Positions 11,551 through 24,869 of a stretch of 64,000 nt of DNA are shown piece by piece (within the stretch, counting starts at the first letter, position 1; the number at the start of each line of letters is the position of its first letter). Source of the DNA: Phoronis australis (taxonomy: Eukaryota > Animalia > Phoronida). The notes beneath the pieces were generated by a model, which saw nothing but the letters and a program-made list of their open reading frames with translations, made no database searches and was not told the DNA's origin. The position numbers were made by a program, and so were the translations under genes. The stretch spans positions 195,165 through 259,164 of the forward strand of contig NMRA01000056.1 in NCBI GenBank assembly GCA_002633005.1. Direction: 5' to 3'.

Positions 11551-13425
11551 AGTGGCTGGACTTGTCAATAAGGTCTTACAAAACCTCAAAAAAATCTGTA
11601 GAAACATCCTGTTGCACAAGCCTTGTTCATGTATTTCTCTGTCTGGTGGGTTGACTAATAGTCAGCACTGTTATAATCCTAAGTCCATTGATGTTCTGAG
11701 AAAGAATGACTGGTTTTATTCTTTCTGTATATTGATTTTTGTGGCTTAACTCTATCCAGCTGAGGAGAAGCATTTATTGAGTGTTTGATGTTGTCTTAAT
11801 CTGACAGAGAATGATAACGAGCGAGGTGGCAATTTTATTTGTATCCCTGTCAGATGATTTATTCTTGTCTTCTAAAATATCATACCTGATGTGTGCGCTC
11901 CAATTGTATTGACAAGCGCAATACAGTATTGAAGCATAGCCTGCTTGAGGTTATTTGATGGTTTGTAATATGATAATGCAGATAATTTCAATGTCCTGCA
12001 TAAGGTGTAACTTAAGTTTGCTCTGTATGTAGTATTTAAATCAAGCTGGTGATCTGATTGTGTGATCTGACATTCAATGGAGACAAAACATTACATTTAT
12101 CCATTATAATGTCAATGGAGATTTGACATGGGGGTGGTGTTTGACAATGTAATTTAGCATACAGCGCTTTTAAGATTTTATCTTGAAAATTTAAGTCAAA
12201 TTTGGACATGTTATTGACGCCATTGTTTTTTATTTGTGTAACTTTCTTGTTTGCAAAATTTTGATAGAAAAGACCTGTATGGTCAGTGAACCAATTAATA
12301 GCAGAATAGTAAAAAGTCAAAAATCAAATTCTAAAGACTTTTGGAAAATATGTACTTTTGATGAGTTAAAGTCTGTACTTTTGTAGAAAATTGACTAAGT
12401 ATCTTGACCTAGTGGTAATTAATTAAAATGCGACAATCTATCCAGCAACAGGTTTACTGATTACCTTAATTTGAGCTAATGGCGGGACTGAAGTTCCATC
12501 CCTCATCTCTTGATATCATTGGTGCGTACGTACTCAGCCATGTACTACTTGCAATGGCTGGTCATCATAAACGTAGTAGTACTCAACATTTCTTGGTATA
12601 TGGCAAACATTTTTTAAGTCTGGTCTGCACGCCACCTGTTGGCCACATCACGTGACTTAATGAACATAAGTCTGGTGTCTATAGATGGTAAAAATTTACT
12701 CTGAAAATCCACAACTTAAGCAATGATTTTGAATCTGGTGATTATACAAGTTCATTGCCTATCAATTATGGAAATACTTTAAGCTTTTAATCTCAACAGA
12801 AGTGGGTTTTGCAACAAGTTTTAATGTCCTAAATTATCGATTCTTTTTTAGTGTCTTATTAAAAACCACGCATCATTTGTCATCCAGGTAATGCTTAAAT
12901 TAATTCCTACAATTAGTCCACTTACTCTGAAGATACCAGAGCCCGTTCACTCATTGAGTACGTATGGTAGAATATCTCCGATTTTGCATAAAAATGGTTG
13001 TCATAATTGACCTTTTTCATTTTCCAAGATCTGTTGTGAGTGCCCTCTAGGTTTCAAAATTTTGTTGCAAAACTTGAACATGATCAAGCAATAATTTGGT
13101 GTTATATGTTTCACATTAAAAATGACTAAATTTCAGCTAGTGGCCATTATTGCATCCTAAGTTGGTGGGATTTTCCCTCACTCTTCGTTATGTTTGTCCG
13201 AATTGTTGGAACCTCTACCAAAGATTGTAACTCACGATCATGAACAGTTCAGTGCAGGCATAGCATCCACTAACAATGGCACATTCATGTTCTCGTACTA
13301 CTGAAACTTTGCACCAATTTCAGTGCATGCAAAGAGCTACTTAAGTCATCTGCGCACCCCACCTTATGCAGGTGCTCGTTTTACTTTTCTGAACCATAGT
13401 CGATTATTGTTACAAGTTCTGTTCA

Positions 13426-13876
13426 ACTACTTCGGTCCTGGATCGAAGTTAACAGTGCCAGTTAACTTCGCAGTAAACAGCTGTATTTAACAGCGGAGCC
13501 TCGACGCAGTGGTGCAGTATGAACGGTCAACTTCGATCCCATCAAAGTTATCACCAGGTGCCATTATTATTGTCAACAATTAAAGGGCAGTGTTTTGCAC
13601 CGATAGTTGCTTATATTTTGCTCAAATAATCACCAATTAGAAATAAGTTTTATGTCAATTAGCACATGTAAATGTTCCCAAATTGTCACATTCAAAAAAA
13701 TCTTAGCGTGCTTGCGATGCATCAGCGTTACCTTGCCATTACTTCAACGACAAGTGTCACATGTCGTTTACTTCGATGTGCATTAACTACCGAACCCACT
13801 ATGAACGGTTCAGTTAACTTCGCAGTTTACGTCGACGCTCTGCTCAGACCGGAGTTAAGTCAGTATGAAAGAGCCT
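13426..13876 (+). mobile_element. MITE family A, 5'-truncated copy
   Basis: Colinear with ~8410-8853; ends CAGTATGAAAGAGCCT-TAA. Confidence 0.8.
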
Positions 13877-14868
13877 TAATTTACTAAAATCACCTAATAT
13901 GATTCATGATACATTATGAAATAACGTCTGCTCTGGTAAGCATTGGACAACAGTAGATTAATAATGGGAAGAGTGTGATATCTATGCAGATGAGTCAAAT
14001 TTGCATAACTCTTATCTGTGGTCTTACCAGGATTAAAGCTGATCGCTGTGGGAACGATGGATTGCTGTCAGTCACAATGTTCACCATCGTATTTGTGTTC
14101 TTGCTTAATAATTAGGTCATAGTAGCAATCTCCAAAAAAAGGTATTGTAATTCTTCACTTATTTATCGCACAAAATGACCGACAAGTGAAGTTCTATTTT
14201 GCTAAATTTCTTCACAAAAGTAAAGCTAAGGTCATTGTAGCCCATTATCAGCACGAAGTGCAGTGTGTAGGTGTCGTAAACAGCATTTGCTAAAAGTATT
14301 GTTATTTTGGAGAAAGGTGATGTGACTTTAAAGATGGAAACGACCTTTTTGATTATATTTTATATGAGTGGAGAATTGCCAAAAGATTTGGACTGCAGTG
14401 GGCACTAGACTGAAGAATGTGACAGTAGTTACCCCATATAGTAGATCCAGACCTCGTAGACACACTATATAGTCACGACTCCCTACGGCAATCAATAAAA
14501 AATTGAGCACGGTGGCTCAAAATTTAGGCATAGTGGCTTACAATATGAGAGCGATGGTCAAATTTGAATACGGGGGTTTGAATTGGAACGTGGTGATTCA
14601 CCATGTGCCAAAAGTCTGGTGAGAACGCTGCTTATGCTGTGAAATATAAAAAGGGAGTTTTTACTGCTAAGGCTTTTTCATACTGGTACATTCCAGACTG
14701 AAGTTGACCCTTGGCCTCTGTTATGGCTATAAGTGGCTTTTAAGTAGCCTAGTTCAACTCCATACATTGCCTGTTGATTACAGGGTTACCATAATATTTA
14801 TAAGTAGTTGTCCTGTTATCACCAGTATCACCACACTTCATTCAGCCAGTGTGGGGATATTCATGTAA

Positions 14869-15285
14869 AGGCCCTTTCATACACGTTAGTGATTTGGGAA
14901 ACATATGGTTAACTTCCATCCTTTATGGAAGTTAACAGTAACTATTGCAGCAAAATGGATTAAACAGCCATGTGTTGATGCGGTGTTGTGGAGTGAATGC
15001 TCAACTTTGGTATCTTGGAAGTTATCTCCAGGGGTCACTGCCATCATCAACAATTAAAGGGTAGTGAGTCATGGCTAATATTTTGCTCAAATAATCACCA
15101 ATCGAATTAGAAATTGTTTTATGTTGTCATATTAAAAATTTCTTAGCATACACGGGATCATAAAAACACCATTTCTCAATCTACCTTGAACATCACATTA
15201 ATCATTGCTACGTTGCGATTACTTCGATGATGACACTGTCAACTACCGTTTATTTTGATGCCGTTAACCGAAGCTGGTATGAACC
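14869..15285 (+). mobile_element. MITE family A, degenerate copy
   Basis: Begins AGGCCCTTTCATAC; diverged but colinear internal blocks (GAAGTTATC.CCAGG, TTTTGCTCAAATAATCACCAAT, TACTTCGATGA). Confidence 0.65.
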
Positions 15286-16236
15286 GTAGAAGTTGCAAAA
15301 GGATGTTTGTGAAGGTTAGAAACTCTACAGAAGGGTCCTGTTAAAGTTTTAGTGCAGAACTAGAAAATCACAGTATTGCCATGTCTTGTAGTATTACTAA
15401 GGTCATGTAGGACCCTATGTCCAACTCTGAAACATCTCATCTTAGAAATGTCTGGTCCGATTCATATGAAATGTTCAGATGAAGAATTTCATGCACTGTT
15501 CTGTGATAAACACCTCAGGAATTGTTTTGAAAATTTACTCTTTTAAAAAAGGGGTTACTAAAATGGAAGTTGAATAAAACAAAGAAGACCAGATGATACT
15601 TTAGACCATGTTTACCACTGACAAATTCACACCTGACTGCCTTAGCTAGTATCCAGTGGACTATGACATCAGCTGAAGATGGACAGTTTCTTTGTGGATA
15701 GCTGAAAAGTTAGTAAACGTTCCAGTTGCCCAAACTGGGCCAATGAGGGATTGCCAGTGCACAAAGAGTTTTTCATGGTATGTTACTGTTTTCTAACTGC
15801 TAAGGATGTTAAATTTTACCAAAAAGACATGGCCATGAGATACAAGCAATGGAACATTGGTAATAAAGGCAAACAGACTAAGTCTGCAAGCTGTCTGTTT
15901 GCCTAATGGGAATTATATATTTCTACTGGGTTAAATTTTGTGGTTTTGTAGTGATTTGACAGAATGCGTTGACAAGGCCCTACTTAACGTCAAAGATAAT
16001 GTGCTGAGTAAGTGACTATTTATATTGGTTTCCATACGACATGTAGCTCCCCCTTTCTGGAGACTTTACCTTGACTTGATCCAATTCAGGGAGAGTGGGA
16101 TGTTCTATTAGTTCAAATTGGTATCTCCAGTCGATTTTGTCAAGTTTTATCCACTGAAATATCTTGAAAAAGGAGAAGTTGCTGTCCATTTATTTTAAGA
16201 AAACCCTGAAAATGGTTTAATTTTGTCAGGTATGGT

Positions 16237-16288
16237 TTGAGGCTTGGCTTGAGGCTTGGCTTGAGGCTTGGCTTGAGGCTTGGCTTGA
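16237..16288. repeat. 12-bp tandem repeat x4
   Basis: TTGAGGCTTGGC repeated. Confidence 0.9.
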
Positions 16289-17329
16289 AGCTTTCGTGGT
16301 ATCAGGCAATTGTCCTTATCATGAAGTCAGGAATTGCAACTGCTGCCACCTTTTGGTAGCTTATGGTAGCCTGGCTTTTATGTGAGCCTTGTGTGATATT
16401 CGTGACTAAACTTCAAAGTTGGTGTTTAGTTTTATTGTAGTCATGGTTGCTGAGTTTTTTTAGGAAAAGTAGCTTGTCATTCTAGCAAAGTTCTCAAATT
16501 CTTGTAATGCAAGTTTTCGATGAAATGAAGCCAAGTAATAAAGATTTTGCTTACTTAATGATTTTTTCACATTTTTTGCGAACAGTTTGCCATCATTAGG
16601 TGCTGTATTGTGTAATTGTTCATTTGGCAATAGGTGGCTGTAGATCTCGCTCAGGGTTCCTGCGAGGCCCTAGCCAGCCCACAGGTATCACGCAGTGGCA
16701 CACGCATTAGCATTGGTTGATGTAACCTCAGCAGTCATTGGTTACTTTTACAACACCGTGAAGAAATGGCGGACTGTGAATGATTTTTAGCATTGTCATG
16801 CAAGTGGTGTCGCACAACTATTTCGTTTCTGCAGTGATGTTTATTAGCCGTGTGCTTGAAGCACATACATGTACAATAAACACTCTGACCGAAAGTGATA
16901 CCTGCCAGTGCGTGCTGGCTACTGACCACCTAGTGGCACGCAGGAAACCAACGAGGCTCTAGATTTGTTGGGTGCTGCTAAAAATGGATTCGAAAATCAC
17001 ACAGAAATAATGTCTGATTGGTATACTGTCTTGACTTAATTTACTATGGCAGATTTCTATTATTGTCAACATCTGAACTTTGTGTATGGTGCTATTTGCA
17101 GTTACCACAGCATTAGCCGCACTCATTCAGGAAGTCAATTAATGACCACATGCAATTGTCTTGAAAAGAGCTAGACCACAGTTACTTTGAATCCTTGTCT
17201 TCACATTCCGATTTTTCATTAAAGGCTTTTGTATCATTATCTTCACATTTCAATTTTTGTGTAAGAGTATGACTTCTGTACTCAAATAGCTTACCCATCT
17301 TCTCACTCCATTTAGAGGTGGATGACAGT

Positions 17330-17781
17330 CAAGGTACCTAAACTACACGGTCAACGGACTCATAAACACGGGCACGGACGCATGAACACGATTCACGGAC
17401 ATGCAAACACTGTCCACTGACTCACAAACACGGGAACGGACTCCCAAAACACGATCCACGCACCCAAATACACGGGACAGGGACTCATATTCACAAGGAA
17501 ACACGGTTAACGGACCACCAAACACGGGTCACGGACTCATCGGCTTCCTGGGTCAGCTGACATCTCCATTTTGTCCGTAAACCGTGTTTGGCGGTCCGTT
17601 AACCGTGTTTCCTCGGGAATATGAGTCTGTGTCCCGTGTATTTGGGTGCGTGGATCGTGTTTTGTGAGTCTGTTCCCATGTTTGTGAGTCAGTGGACGGT
17701 GTTTGCAGGTCCACAAGTCGTCGTTCATGCATCCGTGGGTCGTGTTTGTGAGTCCATTAACCTTGTAGTTTAGGTACCTTG
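17330..17781. mobile_element. Foldback (near-fully palindromic) MITE family C, copy 1
   Basis: CAAGGTACCTAAACTAC...GTAGTTTAGGTACCTTG; arms ~205 bp around a ~35-bp spacer; 5-bp TSD ACAGT. Confidence 0.9.
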
Positions 17782-18466
17782 ACAGTCCTTTGTGAAGATC
17801 TTATCACTGGAGGTGGAATACACATCCTGGAGGTGCTGAAGTCTCTCTATTCAGTAAACCTATTGGGAGCCTGTGTAGTTTATCAGCAGCCTGTTATATA
17901 ACCCTAAACAAATTAGAGTACTTTTGTTGACTTTGCTGATCACCAGTCAACTGATAGCACTGTCTGGATGTGAAGTGGGGAGTAAGCTGATAAAGAGGTG
18001 CTTATGAATAAGGTATTGATTATAATGAGGCATACATCAACTGAGTGAAGTTCACTGAACATGTTCAACACTTGACTGCTGAGGGGGGGGGACTCTCCTC
18101 ATAGGACTGGTTAGCAGGAATGTTCTGCCAATTGGGGGAGGGGGTTGCTCAGGTTACATTGATGGTTGCTGGGGTGGGTGAGAAAAAGACACTTGGAGTG
18201 GGCATCATCATAGAACATGAAGCGGTATTGTCATGGTAGATTATTTATTGTTTGGTGAGGCATCAGGTACCAGTTTTCTAGTTGTCCAGATATTACAGGG
18301 GATGGATCTTGTATAGGCCCTGGCATCCCTACCCATTATATAGAAGAGCCTGGTAGACCCCCAGCCTTGATTCTGCTTGTGCTTGATGTGGTGGTGCTCA
18401 ACTGACCATCAACAATGTATAGGAAAGAGGGAATTGTTGATATGTTGATGAGGACTAATGGAATCT

Positions 18467-18750
18467 CATGGTTCAGTGCACAGGACTTCATGGTTCAGTG
18501 CATAAGACTTCATGGTTCAGTGCACAGGACTTCATGGTTCGGTGCATAAGACTTCATGGTTCAGTGCACAGGACTTCATGGTTCAGTGCACAGGACTTCA
18601 TGGTTCAGTGCACAGGACTTCATGGTTCTGTGCACAGGATTTCATGGTTCAGTGTACAGGGTTTGGTGGCTCAGTGCACAGGGTTTGATGGTTCAGTTTT
18701 AAGATTTTATGGTTCAGTGCACAGGATATCATGGTTTAATATTCAGGATC
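18467..18750. repeat. 22-bp minisatellite, ~13 copies
   Basis: Unit CATGGTTCAGTGCACAGGACTT, degenerating towards the 3' end. Confidence 0.95.
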
Positions 18751-19335
18751 TCAACCTTTATTTCCTCTACCTCAATCCTCAATAGCTCCACAGAGTTTGG
18801 TTTGCGATACATTATTGTCATGTGTTCTAGCCAACTTCGCATTTTGAAAGTGATCAACGCGTTCGCAATTAGTTTGTGAAAGCTCCTTGCCATTTAGTTC
18901 TTAAACATTTGTGAACTACAGCTTATGCATACCTGTATTGTATTACAGTATTGCTAGTAAACTCTCTATCTTTTTACCTATCTATTTATAATTACAATTA
19001 CCCTGCACACATAGTAACAAAATGTCAAAAGACATTTGCCTGTTTTTTATGAATTGTTTCATTAAATAATGCTTTTGTTCTAATACAGTTAGTCTCCAGT
19101 TCAGAGACGACTGTGATTGAATTGACATCAGTCATTAACCCACTAATCTTCCAGGGATTAATCTGGCACACATTCAATAGATGCGAGAACCTCGCAAAAT
19201 ACTAGATTGCATGAGACTTTGTGAGAGATCACCTCAAAGCCATCACAAGATTCTGTGGAACTCTAGTCAGGATTTCGGAGTAGACTCACAGCGCACTTTT
19301 TGGAAACTTTCGTATTTGCCTATAATGCATTCTAT

Positions 19336-22036
19336 AGGCCCTTTCATACTACCGTAATCGTTCGGGTTAACGCCCATGCTCAGTTAACCGCCCACCCCCT
19401 ACTTTAGGTGGATTTTCGATTTAACCGCCCACTGCTCAGTTAAGCGCCCCCCTACGATTTTTGAAGATTTCCAGTTAAGCGCCCACCTCTCGGTTAAGCG
19501 CCCATCCCGGACTTTTAAAGAATGAAGATTTAGCGCCCAGTGCTAAGGAAACAGTGATTCCCCGACTTTTACAAAAAGATCGATGATCACAATGAGCGTA
19601 ACAACGCCGGGCCTTCAAGACGGTGGTTTAGCAATGTGAATTACAATACAAGTAAGGAGTTATTGTCTTGGGCCATGGACTCACTTCAAAATATAATACT
19701 TTAACGTTTTTGTCACTTTATTTTCTTCCCATGTTTACAAAGCTTAAGAACGCCGCCGGCGTCAAAACCTCCGCTTTCAGCGACTTTGTCTGCCGCACTG
19801 AGTTTCGGTCTGCAGTGCACTAGATAAAATATATATTCGAAAAAATCAGGCCAGACAAATGTGACAATGGTTTTGCCAACCCTCCAAATTCTCTTAAGGT
19901 GGGAAGCTCTCGTATTTTGAAGAAATCTCACAACTCACGGAAAGATTTCAAATTCTCATTTTGATGAATGTAACTGCCGGGTTGTAGAGGACGTGTGGCG
20001 ACCGAAGGGACAGTACAAGTGCCTTACTGGGTTACCGATTTCGTTGCTGCCTATCGATTTCTGAATTCAAAGGTTGGCAATAATGTTTGTTTGTGTATGA
20101 TCTTGAAGTAATAAAAAACAGCTAGTCAAATTTTGTTTTTTGCTTATTGCATCTCAGTCAAACTGGCGTTACCAGATTTAACTATTGTCGCTGGCTGTTC
20201 TTTATTTTTTCTTGCGTCAGCCCCCACGTATAAGCGTGACTGTGAAATATCGTTTCCACATCCCCTTTTTGCCATCCAGAATAATTTTGTTTATACATTG
20301 GCCAGTTTCTTACCATTCGAGTCTGAAATATCTACGACGTAGACTGACTGAAAATTGGCGATAGTGGGTAGGAGATGCACACAGCTAGCTACGGGCATGG
20401 GCTTAGGGAGCATCGAGCGGGAAATATCGGAATAGACTTGACATCGCAGTTTTGGGGAACATTGGCAACGGAGGAATATCGTAAAGAACTGGGTCTTTCG
20501 TAACAACAGCTTAAAAGTACATAGTCACGCCCGTTTTTGTTACTTAGGGCTATTCTCTTTTGATGTGTGACTTTGTAGTCATTTTGGTGCACGTGCGCAA
20601 GTTCCCACACTTTGCAGTGCATGTTACCTTGACACCAACATGTGATTGACAGGTGCTCACTCGTAGGCCCTACGTGCGTGCTGATTCCCGCCGCTATCTT
20701 TGGCCATAAAAAACGAGATGCATATTGGAAGAGGCCGTTTTATTACTTGACGGCATTTCCAAGTCACGACTGTCAGCCGACTGAGACATTGCTTGCTAAC
20801 AGCGAGACCGAACAGTGCCGCAGTGCGATAGGCCTATTGCAAGTGATATAAATAGGATAATCTGGACATCTTGCATGAAAAATAAATGTTTTTCCACCAC
20901 GAAGTTTGGTAAGGCGATTGTTTAAGAATGAATTGAAACATCGCTGTTTTGTGGCGTTTTATCACATATTTATGTCGTGGCTCGAAATTTTATTCTTGAT
21001 TGACGAGTAGCTCACGGCCGCTTAACACCGATTCTTGTCTTAGGCCTAATTCTTTGCCGAGCATGTTTGGCGCAACGGCAAGTGAGCAATGCCGGGCGGT
21101 CGAGATAAAACAGCTAGCCGCAGAACCATACGCTGAAAATGTCATTGAGTCACAGAGTGTCGACTATAAACATCCTAAACACAAAAAACATCTGAATTAA
21201 GTTTTTCAAACTTTTATTACAACTCATTTTAAAACTGCTCTCAGACTATGAACTTGGCAGCTCAGTACGAGACTGCAACCATAAATTTGATGTCTGCTGT
21301 GACCTCTGCAACACGTGAAGCTTGCACGCGCGCACTTTAACAAGGTCACATCTTAAAATAGTTGCAATCCAAGTAGAGGCTGCGTGGTCACTGGTCGTCT
21401 GCGCTCTAGAGGGCAAAGTAACAAGACCACAGGACGCCACGGGGCTATTGCTCAGTAATTCTGTAAATTTAACAGTGAATAACTAATCTGAGGGCAAGAG
21501 AATCTTCGTTGGGATCATCCGCTGTTATAACATTTTTCTCGTCATGTGGCGACGTGACGATAACGCTCTTTGAAAAGTACTACGCGTTCTGAGTACGAGG
21601 TAAGATTAACCGCCCAGGGCAGTTGCCTGTCGTAATAAGCGCCCATGTTCGGTTAACCGCCCACCCTGGATTTCTTGAAATTTCACGTTTAAGCGCCCAT
21701 GTCTGTTTAATTGCCCACCCCCGATTTTTTGGGTTTGCCAATTTAGCCACCCAGGGCGTTAACCCGAACGATTACGGTAAGTTAACTCCGCTACGAGAGG
21801 AGTATCAATGTAAACTTGCAAAATTATTTGAACTGTTTGTACTAGCTTCGGTAGTTAACGAACATCGAAGTAAAGGGTAGGTGATGTCATCAATGTTGAT
21901 GATGTAATCATGACAGTGGAGGCACCTTCCCATAACTTCGATGAGACCAAAGTTGACTGTTCATACCACGCCACATTGTCGACGTACTGCCGTTACGTCC
22001 ACCCGTTGATGCATCAACGTTAGTATTAAAAGGACT
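19336..22036 (-). mobile_element. Degenerate family A MITE interrupted by nested TA-TSD element
   Basis: AGGCCCTTTCATAC at 19336-19349 continues at 21780 (AGTTAACTCCG...GCTTCGGTAGTTAACGAACATCGAAGT) and ends TTAGTATTAAAAGGACT at 22036. Confidence 0.75.
19352..21777. mobile_element. Non-autonomous Tc1/mariner-superfamily-like DNA transposon (2.4 kb)
   Basis: Perfect 24-bp TIRs CCGTAATCGTTCGGGTTAACGCCC; TA TSD; arrays of TTAA(C/G)CGCCCA subterminal repeats at both ends; CpG-rich interior, no transposase ORF. Confidence 0.9.
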
Positions 22037-24729
22037 TAAGAATTCATTATAGACACGCGTGCACGCACACACACTCACTTAAAAATTAGCTTACTTAAAA
22101 ATTGTGCTTTTCCTTGCACTGACATTGGTTGCATGTTTTTTCGTTCAAAGCACAGCAAATAAGGAAAACTAACCTTTGGATTTCTTAAAAAAGTTCAAAA
22201 AGCGATGCATGCTTTATTTCATACCAGCGCAACTTTGACATGATGTCCAGCAGCCAAGGTGTTGACAGTCCCAGACGTTATTTCCCACCCAAAAGTATAA
22301 CACTCGAAAACTGAGTCGAGAATTAGTGAATTATTTAGTAAATGAAATATTCTACTGCATTTAAACCCTTGATAGCCACTTGTTTGTCATTTTAATGAAC
22401 ATGTAACCGCAAAGTTTGACTGGATGCAGTTTCTTATACTCATCATATTCTGAGATTGCGAAGGATGTCACCCTAACATCACAGGATAAGGTGGTATTCC
22501 CTCTCTGAAAAACATAGCTGCCACTATTTCCAAATCACTACTGTCACGTTTATGGTAAAAATAGACAGTGACAATCTCCAATCAAAATTTCTGATTATTT
22601 ATCTAACCAAAGTAACGAATTATAGGTTTCCATGAAATTCACCAACTAGAAAATTAATGTTAAACCTCTTTTTGGCTATCATTTTCCCTGATGTTTGCTT
22701 AGAACAGGCAGTCTTTTTCTCTCATCATTTTTAAAAATGGCCTGCACAATGACTGCCACTAGATGAGTACCTGGCGTATGGTGTCTACTGAATGCATGCC
22801 TGGTGGATGTCTCTGAGATGTGGGTTAACGACTATTGACAATTTAATCATTGTGAAGTCTGTGAACTGAAGACTTAATTGCCACGGGCAACATGTGCTGG
22901 TGTTTTCAAATTCACAATTTTAGGGTTGGCTAACCCCAATAAATTCTAAAGTGTTTTGTCCAGTCGCTGTATGTTTCCATGTTCTTGTTGGTAGTGGAAA
23001 TAGATTCCTAGTGACCATGAGGAATATTATGAACACAATTTTATGGGAGGTTATGGTCTAAATCAATTTTTGTTTTTTAAGCCAACTAAGCAAGGCAAAA
23101 TGCAGCTTTATTGATGAATGTTTTTTTCTAAGTGACGTGAATATCTTTGTTTTTGTGGTGTTTTTATTGTTTATGAATTCTGATATAAACTGAATCACCA
23201 GCTGTACATGAAATCGTAAATACTACAAACACCATAGACAGAAAAGCAAGCATAAAAGTACATGTACAGAATTTCATGATTAGAAACGGTTACAATTTTC
23301 TTGTAGAGTAATTTGGGGGTGTACATTCAACTATAGAAGTGAAGTCATCAAGAAATCCATTTGCACACTGCTCACTCACTAATGGTGTTTAAAACACCAC
23401 CTATGCCTGATGTCACCTACAATTGATTTCTGTTCATTACACTGTGAGAGTATTGACCACTTTTTATAGAAATGAGTCTCTAGACTGCATTGTAAAGGTG
23501 AATCGACCTGAAGAGGGTTTGTGTGTAGGAGCATGTGTGTATCCTACCATCCATGAGCTATCAAGTGCTGATTGTCATATCACAATTAGCCATAGGGGTC
23601 ACTAAAACCTGTGGCGATCAGCTGGTTTCAGCCATATGGTATGGCTTCATGGATAGGATAGAGTATATGCAATACCTGTTTGGACAAGGTTTTAAACAGC
23701 TGGCTTTGACTTGACTGGTAGCTTATATGTTAAGTGCTACAGCAACTGAATCTAAATGAGGGCTCCAGAGCTAGGATGATGTCTAGAATCTTCTTCTAAA
23801 TGCCTGGACTACAGAAATTGATATCTGAGCCGTCGAGAGGAAATTCATCGTGTTTTTGTTTTGTGTGGCGGGCATTAACATCTTTCTTGGTAATTACGAA
23901 CAATTGTGCGAAGTCTTAATTGGTGTCTGGAGGAGTGTGTTGGTGTATAGAATGGGCAAGCCCAGTGTTGTGCAAACTCAGTCTCGGTATATTAAACCTA
24001 GTGTCCGACCGTTGCAGGTTCTCTTGAGCTGAGATTAAATACCTTGGCTTCCCAAAATCACCTTTTAGTCGTGAAATACTGTTCAGTTGCTCATCAATGT
24101 AGACATGAACATGAGACATGAACACGGATTGGCTCTTAGCGGAGTCTCACATTTCATTTATTAGGTATTCTTACTAATATGATATATGCCAATCTGTGGT
24201 GCTATCGTCATGGTAAACTGTTCTGTTCCTGTTGTGCGCTTTTACCCGGCGTCTCGGGTGAAGTCAGCGATGCCCTTCTGTTCAGCGTGGACTTATATTG
24301 ACCGATGCTTGCAGCAAGCACTTTTCCTGTGATGTATCAAGATTTTGTGTCATGTGAGAAATTATTACTTCTGTAGAGTTTGTATTGCATTGTTTCATGG
24401 TATTTTTGGTGTGTCCAACTGATGAAGGCAGCAGTATCTAGTGATGCAGAACGTCTACCTCTGTTGACAAATGTGAGTGTGGGTTCATTTGAGCAGTACA
24501 TGGCTCAAAATCGTTGGCTTAAGTTGATTAATTAGTGAACTCAGGTGCCATTCATTGTATCATCGTATCGAAGATTAGAGAAACTGCTGGAATAATTACT
24601 TACATATTTAAGAAGATGCACACTATAGGATAAAACCAGAGAACACGAGGAATTGGCAATAGTAGACATTTTCTTAAAATGTACACAGAGGTAACCTTTC
24701 GAAGCGTTTAATGGTGTTAGTTTGGATTC

Positions 24730-24869
24730 ATGATGTCGCTGAAAAGATTCAAAAGATGGCTCTCTCAACGCTCGCAAGATGGGGAGGAAAACTCATCACA
24801 AAAAGATATGTTGCCGTCTATTCGGCTGACTGCATCAGCCTGCATTCCATGTCCGCCAAGTCGGCATCG
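24730..24869 (+). CDS. PDE4: Putative PDE4 alternative first coding exon (isoform-specific N-terminus A)
   Basis: ATG at 24730 with in-frame upstream TAG; open to CG|GTAAGT donor; 46 codons + 2 nt (phase 2, fits UCR1 exon). MMSLKRFKRWLSQRSQDGEENSSQKDMLPSIRLTASACIPCPPSRH(R); LSQR and LPSI.(L/I)T recall the PDE4B1 N-terminus. Confidence 0.7.

Noticed and set aside
15670-15715. CTGAAGATGG...CTGAAA hammerhead-like string
   Set aside because: Stem II and stem I pairing and the NUH site are not convincing.
17343-17728. ORFs in the foldback MITE (also 59993-60382)
   Set aside because: Artefacts of the palindromic short-repeat structure.
18467-18785. 105-aa repetitive ORF / CRISPR-like regular repeat
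   Set aside because: Head-to-tail 22-bp minisatellite with no unique spacers and no cas genes; eukaryotic context.
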